This document shows positions 59,875 to 64,000 of a DNA stretch of 64,000 nt, piece by piece. This stretch comes from an uncultured Lactobacillus sp. Lineage in GTDB: Bacteria; Bacillota; Bacilli; Lactobacillales; Lactobacillaceae. The translations under genes and the position numbers were made by a program. The stretch is taken from positions 10,812 to 74,811 of the forward strand of contig NZ_CAMKZC010000008.1 of assembly GCF_946477725.1 (NCBI RefSeq). The letters are read 5' to 3'. The stretch's first letter is position 1. Every line of letters starts with the position of its first letter. The notes beneath the pieces were generated by a model. The model did not search any database. It had not been told where the DNA came from and saw only the letters and a program-made list of their open reading frames with translations.

Positions 59875-60963
59875 ATGGCTGATACAACCAACACCAATAA
59901 ACTAACAGTAAAAACTTTTCTTAATAAGATTTTAGCCGGAACCGCAACTGGAATTATTGTGGGGCTGATTCCCAATGCAGTTGTCAGCGCAATTTTAAAG
60001 TTATTTGGACAAAATCCGGTGACTGCAACTATTAATCAAGCGCTGTTGATCTTTCAATGTGCTACGCCACTATTGATTGGTGCATTAATTGCGATTCAAT
60101 TTAAAATGGAGCCACTCGACGTTGCTATTGTAGGAGCTGCCGCATATGTTGGTTCTGGAGTAACCAAGTTTGTGCCACAGATCGTTAACCCAGCCACTAA
60201 AGCTCAAGGAGTTTTTGTATCTGCAGGTACAGGCGATCTGATTAATACGATGATTACAGCTGCTACAGCTGTGGGACTTTTGCTATTAGTTGGACAACAT
60301 TTTGGCTCTGTCAAAATTGTTGCCGCACCGATTTTTGTGGGTGGTGGAGCTGGTCTAATTGGCATGTTAATTTTGCCTTATGTTAGTAAAATTACCACTT
60401 GGCTGGGCACTGTAATTAACTCCTTTACTAACCTGCAACCAATATTAATGTGTATTTTAATTTCCTGTATGTTTGCAGTCTTAATCATTTCGCCAATATC
60501 AACTGTTGCTATTGGTATGGCTATTCAGTTAAATGGTATCTCCGCGGGAGCAGCTGCGATGGGAGTGGCCGCAACCACTTTGGTATTAGTAGTTCATTCC
60601 TGGCGTACTAATAAATCAGGAGTTACCATCGCCATAGCACTGGGAGCTATGAAAATGATGATGCCTAATCTTTTCAGATATCCAATTATCGTTTTGCCAA
60701 CCTTAATTACTGCAGCTCTTTCTGCTATTCCAGTAGCTTTATTCCATGTTAGTGGCACACCAGCTTCTGCTGGTTTCGGTCTTGTAGGCTTAGTTGGACC
60801 TCTTGCCTCATTAGACGCTGGTAAAGCAAGCATTAATATTGTAATGGCGTTAATTGTCTGGATAGTATTTCCGGTTGTAGTAGCAATGATTTGTCGCTTT
60901 CTTTTTGAAAAAGTATTTCATCTTTATGATGAAAAAGTTGCCTTTGCTTATTTAGGCGAATAA
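59875..60963 (+). CDS. Polytopic permease, PTS EIIC-like, with no EIIA/EIIB neighbours
   Basis: 362 aa, Gly/Ala/Ile-rich, with about 10 TM helices. The N terminus (FLNKILAGTATGIIVGLIPNAV) recalls the PTS_EIIC_2-type family. The assignment is from memory and needs an HMM check. Confidence 0.5.
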   Translation: MADTTNTNKLTVKTFLNKILAGTATGIIVGLIPNAVVSAILKLFGQNPVTATINQALLIFQCATPLLIGALIAIQFKMEPLDVAIVGAAAYVGSGVTKFVPQIVNPATKAQGVFVSAGTGDLINTMITAATAVGLLLLVGQHFGSVKIVAAPIFVGGGAGLIGMLILPYVSKITTWLGTVINSFTNLQPILMCILISCMFAVLIISPISTVAIGMAIQLNGISAGAAAMGVAATTLVLVVHSWRTNKSGVTIAIALGAMKMMMPNLFRYPIIVLPTLITAALSAIPVALFHVSGTPASAGFGLVGLVGPLASLDAGKASINIVMALIVWIVFPVVVAMICRFLFEKVFHLYDEKVAFAYLGE

Positions 60964-61025
60964 TTATTTCTGCCATTAAAAAACCAATCCTTACTTACAT
61001 CAATTTATTTTAAATAACAAAAAAA

Positions 61026-61063
61026 CTCGTGAAAAAAATATTATTTTATTCACGAGCTTTTAT
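61026..61063. terminator. Hairpin between convergent genes; likely a bidirectional terminator
   Basis: CTCGTGAA (61026-61033) pairs with TTCACGAG (61049-61056), with A-rich and T-rich flanks. Confidence 0.5.
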
Positions 61064-61070
61064 TTTCTAA

Positions 61071-61739
61071 TTATTTTTCTAAGCTAAATTTTTTCCAGGC
61101 AGTTTCGATTTGCTTATAATTTAAAGCTGCTGTTTTAGGGAAAAGGACTTTAGCATCTTTGAGGTCTTTCTTAGAGCCAACACCAACGGATAATGCCCCT
61201 GACTTATTAATAGCAGTGATGCCAGCAATTGAGTCCTCAATACCAACGCAGTCTTGTGGCTTGAGACTTATGGCCGCGGCTGCAGCAATAAAGATATCTG
61301 GAGCAGGTTTACCAGCAGCTACTTTACTAGGATCGGCAATAGCATCGAATGCATCTGTTAATTGTAATTTTTCTAAAATAAAGGGGCCATTCAGACTCGC
61401 CGAAGCCAAGGAAAGTCTGACATTATTCTTCTTAAAGGAAGAAATCAATTCATTAATTCCAGGCAAGATATTTGCGGGTGTTAAAATGGCCAGCAAATTG
61501 CGGAAAATATTATTCTTCTCATTAGTCATTTGATTAAACTGTTCTTTTGAAACGGAGATATCTAAAAAGTTTAAAATTGCTTTTAAAGAATCGCTGCGAT
61601 TAACACCTTTAGTTTGTTTTTCCAGGTCATCCGGCAATTCAAGATTGAAATGATTTTTGATTAATTTGCGCCATGCTTGGAAATGATAGACGGATGTATC
61701 TGCGATGACTCCATCTAAATCAAAGAGAACACCTTTCAT
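61071..61739 (-). CDS. pgmB: Beta-phosphoglucomutase (HAD superfamily)
   Basis: Begins MKGVLFDLDGVIADT. Also has ASAS, KPAPDIF and GIEDSIAGI. 222 aa. Confidence 0.85.
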   Translation of the reverse strand: MKGVLFDLDGVIADTSVYHFQAWRKLIKNHFNLELPDDLEKQTKGVNRSDSLKAILNFLDISVSKEQFNQMTNEKNNIFRNLLAILTPANILPGINELISSFKKNNVRLSLASASLNGPFILEKLQLTDAFDAIADPSKVAAGKPAPDIFIAAAAAISLKPQDCVGIEDSIAGITAINKSGALSVGVGSKKDLKDAKVLFPKTAALNYKQIETAWKKFSLEK

Positions 61740-64000
61740 TTAAAAACTTCCTTTCACTTGCTACAGGTGTTGTGTCAAGTATTTTATTAATTTGGGTAAA
61801 ATCTTCGTCTGCGATATTAATAAAAGGCAACAAACCGTTTAACTTTACCAGGGAATTTTCGCCAAATTTTGCGAGATTATCAGGATCTTGCAAAAAATCA
61901 AAGACTGGATTAATTGATTTTAATTGTTTAACAATCTCTGAATCTTTCATTAGTTGTTTGGCTGGCATGTTGATATTGTAGTATTCGATATAACTTCTTT
62001 CAGGTACATAAGAGATTGTAAAGTCACCATTAGTTAATTCCAATGGCATCGATGTTGGCTGACCATTAAGTTCTACTTTATTTTTCACTCTAGGTAGTTT
62101 TACGGTTACTTTTTGACCAAACGGAATATTGAGCGTGACTTTAATAGTGTGCCGAGTATCAGTTTCAAGTTGGTATGCCATTTTGAGATCACCGTATGAA
62201 CTGTGATAGTGTCCAGAAACCTTTTTAAACCGATAATCAAATTGAGGCGCAAAAAGAACCTTTTGGTAACCATAAGTTTGCTTTCTTAATCCCAAAATTT
62301 GTTGATAAACCCATTGCATAATTGCACCGATTGAATAATGGTTCAGCGAGTTCATCCCTTCGGGATTCATTGAGCCATCTGGTAAGACTGAATTCCAGCG
62401 TTCCCAAATAGTAGTGGCACCCAAATTAACTTCATAGAGCCAGCTTGGAAAATCTTCGTTTAGAAAAATTTGTGTCGCTAATTTATGTTCGCCATTTTCA
62501 GATAAAACCTGACAAATAAAAGGCGTTCCAATAAAACCAGTTTGCAAATGGTTATGATCCTTATTTAACCTTTGAACTAAATCTTTAACTACACGTTTTT
62601 TCTGTTCTTCTGGTACTAAATCGAAATGAAGGGCTAGGGCGTACGCAGTTTGTGTGTCAATTGCCAAACGGCCATTTTTAGTAATAAATTCGTCTTTAAT
62701 GGCTGTTTTAATAGCTTGAGCTTGTTGTTCATATTTCTTAGCATCACTGGTATTACCTAAAATCTTAGCTGCTTGAGCAACAATCCAACTGGAATAGGCG
62801 TAATAAATTGAAGCAATGTAGTCTTCGTCAGTCTTTCCACTAGGCAGCGCTGGGTTTTCACTATCTAAGGACAGCCAGTCACCGAATTGAAAGCACCCAG
62901 TCCAAAGATTCTTGGTAGTGGTAGCTTGACCAATCCAATCTACCCAGGACTTCATACTAGAGTAATTTTGTCTTAAAATAGCCGGATCAGCTGTTGCCTG
63001 GTATGCTGTCCAGGGAATAACAGTTGCGGCATCTCCCCAAATTGCGGCACCACCACTATTATTGCCCATTGCAGGAGCATACATTGTTAGCATACCCTTA
63101 TGTGCTGCTTGCTCGATTTTCATATCTTTAGCATATTTTTTGAAAAAGGCGTAAGCATTCATATTTAAAATGGCAGTGCTGGCAAAAATGTCGGCATCAC
63201 CAGACCAGCCTAAGCGCTCGTCTCGTTGCGGACAGTCTGTTGGAACATCAAAGAAGTTGCTTTTTTGACTCCACAAAACATTCTGGAGCAGGCGATTAAC
63301 TTTGGTATTAGTAGTTTCTATACCACCAGTAATTTCAAGATCGGAATAAATTACCGCTGCCCTGAAATCATCTTTTCTTAAAGGTTGTGAATTGCCGGTA
63401 ACTTTAACATAGCGATATCCATAGTAAGTAAAATGTGGTCTAATCCATTCTTTTTCGCCATTTGAAACATAATGAAAGGCAGCGCGAGCTTCTCGAAGAT
63501 TATCCCGGTAAAAGTTACCATCTTGCAGAATTTCGCCCACTTGTAAATCGATTTCGCTGCCAGAAGGTTCCGCATTTTTAAATTCTGGCCAACCGGCCTG
63601 GTTTTGACCGAAATCAAGAACTGTTTCACCTTTAGGAGTATGAATAATTTCTTTAACAGGTAAATATTCTTTTATTTTTAGCGGGAGACTTAAACGGTCA
63701 TGTAATATTTCTTTAGAATGGTGTAATACGATTGCCGGTTGCCAAGCAGTTATTTTCTTGCTAGCGTCAAAGTCTTCACCATAATAAATGGCTGATTTGG
63801 TAATTTTTCCAGCAGTAGTTTTCCAAGAAGAGTCTGTGTTTATCACTTCACTGCTACCATCATCATATGCGATATGCAGTTCAGCAATGGCCATTTGCTG
63901 GTCGCCGTAAATGCAATCTTTACCACCATCAAAGCCAAAGTTGCCTTTGTACCAACCATCACCAAGGGAAATCAAAAGCTCTTGCTGTGATTTTTCCTTC
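61720..64000 (-). CDS. GH78-family alpha-L-rhamnosidase. Partial: the N terminus lies beyond the window end.
   Basis: The segment DVPTDCPQRDERLGWSGDA is the characteristic GH78 catalytic-domain entry motif. The frame stays open to position 64000 (KEKSQQELLISLGDGW...). The last 20 nt overlap the pgmB start. Confidence 0.78.
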   Translation of the reverse strand, partial: KEKSQQELLISLGDGWYKGNFGFDGGKDCIYGDQQMAIAELHIAYDDGSSEVINTDSSWKTTAGKITKSAIYYGEDFDASKKITAWQPAIVLHHSKEILHDRLSLPLKIKEYLPVKEIIHTPKGETVLDFGQNQAGWPEFKNAEPSGSEIDLQVGEILQDGNFYRDNLREARAAFHYVSNGEKEWIRPHFTYYGYRYVKVTGNSQPLRKDDFRAAVIYSDLEITGGIETTNTKVNRLLQNVLWSQKSNFFDVPTDCPQRDERLGWSGDADIFASTAILNMNAYAFFKKYAKDMKIEQAAHKGMLTMYAPAMGNNSGGAAIWGDAATVIPWTAYQATADPAILRQNYSSMKSWVDWIGQATTTKNLWTGCFQFGDWLSLDSENPALPSGKTDEDYIASIYYAYSSWIVAQAAKILGNTSDAKKYEQQAQAIKTAIKDEFITKNGRLAIDTQTAYALALHFDLVPEEQKKRVVKDLVQRLNKDHNHLQTGFIGTPFICQVLSENGEHKLATQIFLNEDFPSWLYEVNLGATTIWERWNSVLPDGSMNPEGMNSLNHYSIGAIMQWVYQQILGLRKQTYGYQKVLFAPQFDYRFKKVSGHYHSSYGDLKMAYQLETDTRHTIKVTLNIPFGQKVTVKLPRVKNKVELNGQPTSMPLELTNGDFTISYVPERSYIEYYNINMPAKQLMKDSEIVKQLKSINPVFDFLQDPDNLAKFGENSLVKLNGLLPFINIADEDFTQINKILDTTPVASERKFLNERCSL

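Overview
The window looks like a low-GC Firmicutes chromosome, most likely Lactobacillaceae of the Lactobacillus acidophilus type. That guess rests on gene content, codon style and the tmRNA tag ANKENSYALAA.

Most of it is densely packed core genome:
- Cell-envelope precursor genes: murB, the cdaA-cdaR-glmM operon and glmS.
- Many transporters: two paralogous DHA2 MFS pumps, three ABC systems, an APC permease and an orphan EIIC-like permease.
- A copper regulon split across the window: copY at 8.6 kb, cupA-copA with two cop boxes at 18 kb.
- guaB, yebC, and a complete comG pseudopilus operon followed by a methyltransferase and ackA.
- glpK-glpO, manA, an SdpI-like gene with a two-component system, ltaS with an SPFH gene, vanZ, pgi, pgmB and a partial GH78 rhamnosidase.

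The clearest accessory region starts 34 nt after ssrA (tmRNA). Two IS3-family elements sit there in tandem, one intact and one decayed, followed by a very AT-rich orphan membrane gene.

I did not find a convincing new multi-gene system such as a defense island, CRISPR array or RiPP cluster. The items most worth follow-up are:
- A 1.3 kb ORF-free AT-rich gap upstream of comG, holding a consensus promoter with a short terminated transcript and a second orphan terminator.
- Two unannotated 22-codon ORFs with good Shine-Dalgarno sequences upstream of transporters.
- A MacB-type permease with a built-in coiled-coil hairpin.
- A CupA/CopA pair without an N-terminal metal-binding domain, controlled from a distant and atypical CopY.
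- An IMPDH that naturally lacks its CBS (Bateman) module.
- Several gene-decay events: an ABC-2 permease with an in-frame TAA, a HIT-family remnant and the orfA of the second IS.

All homology calls come from reading the translated ORFs by eye. No database searches were run.
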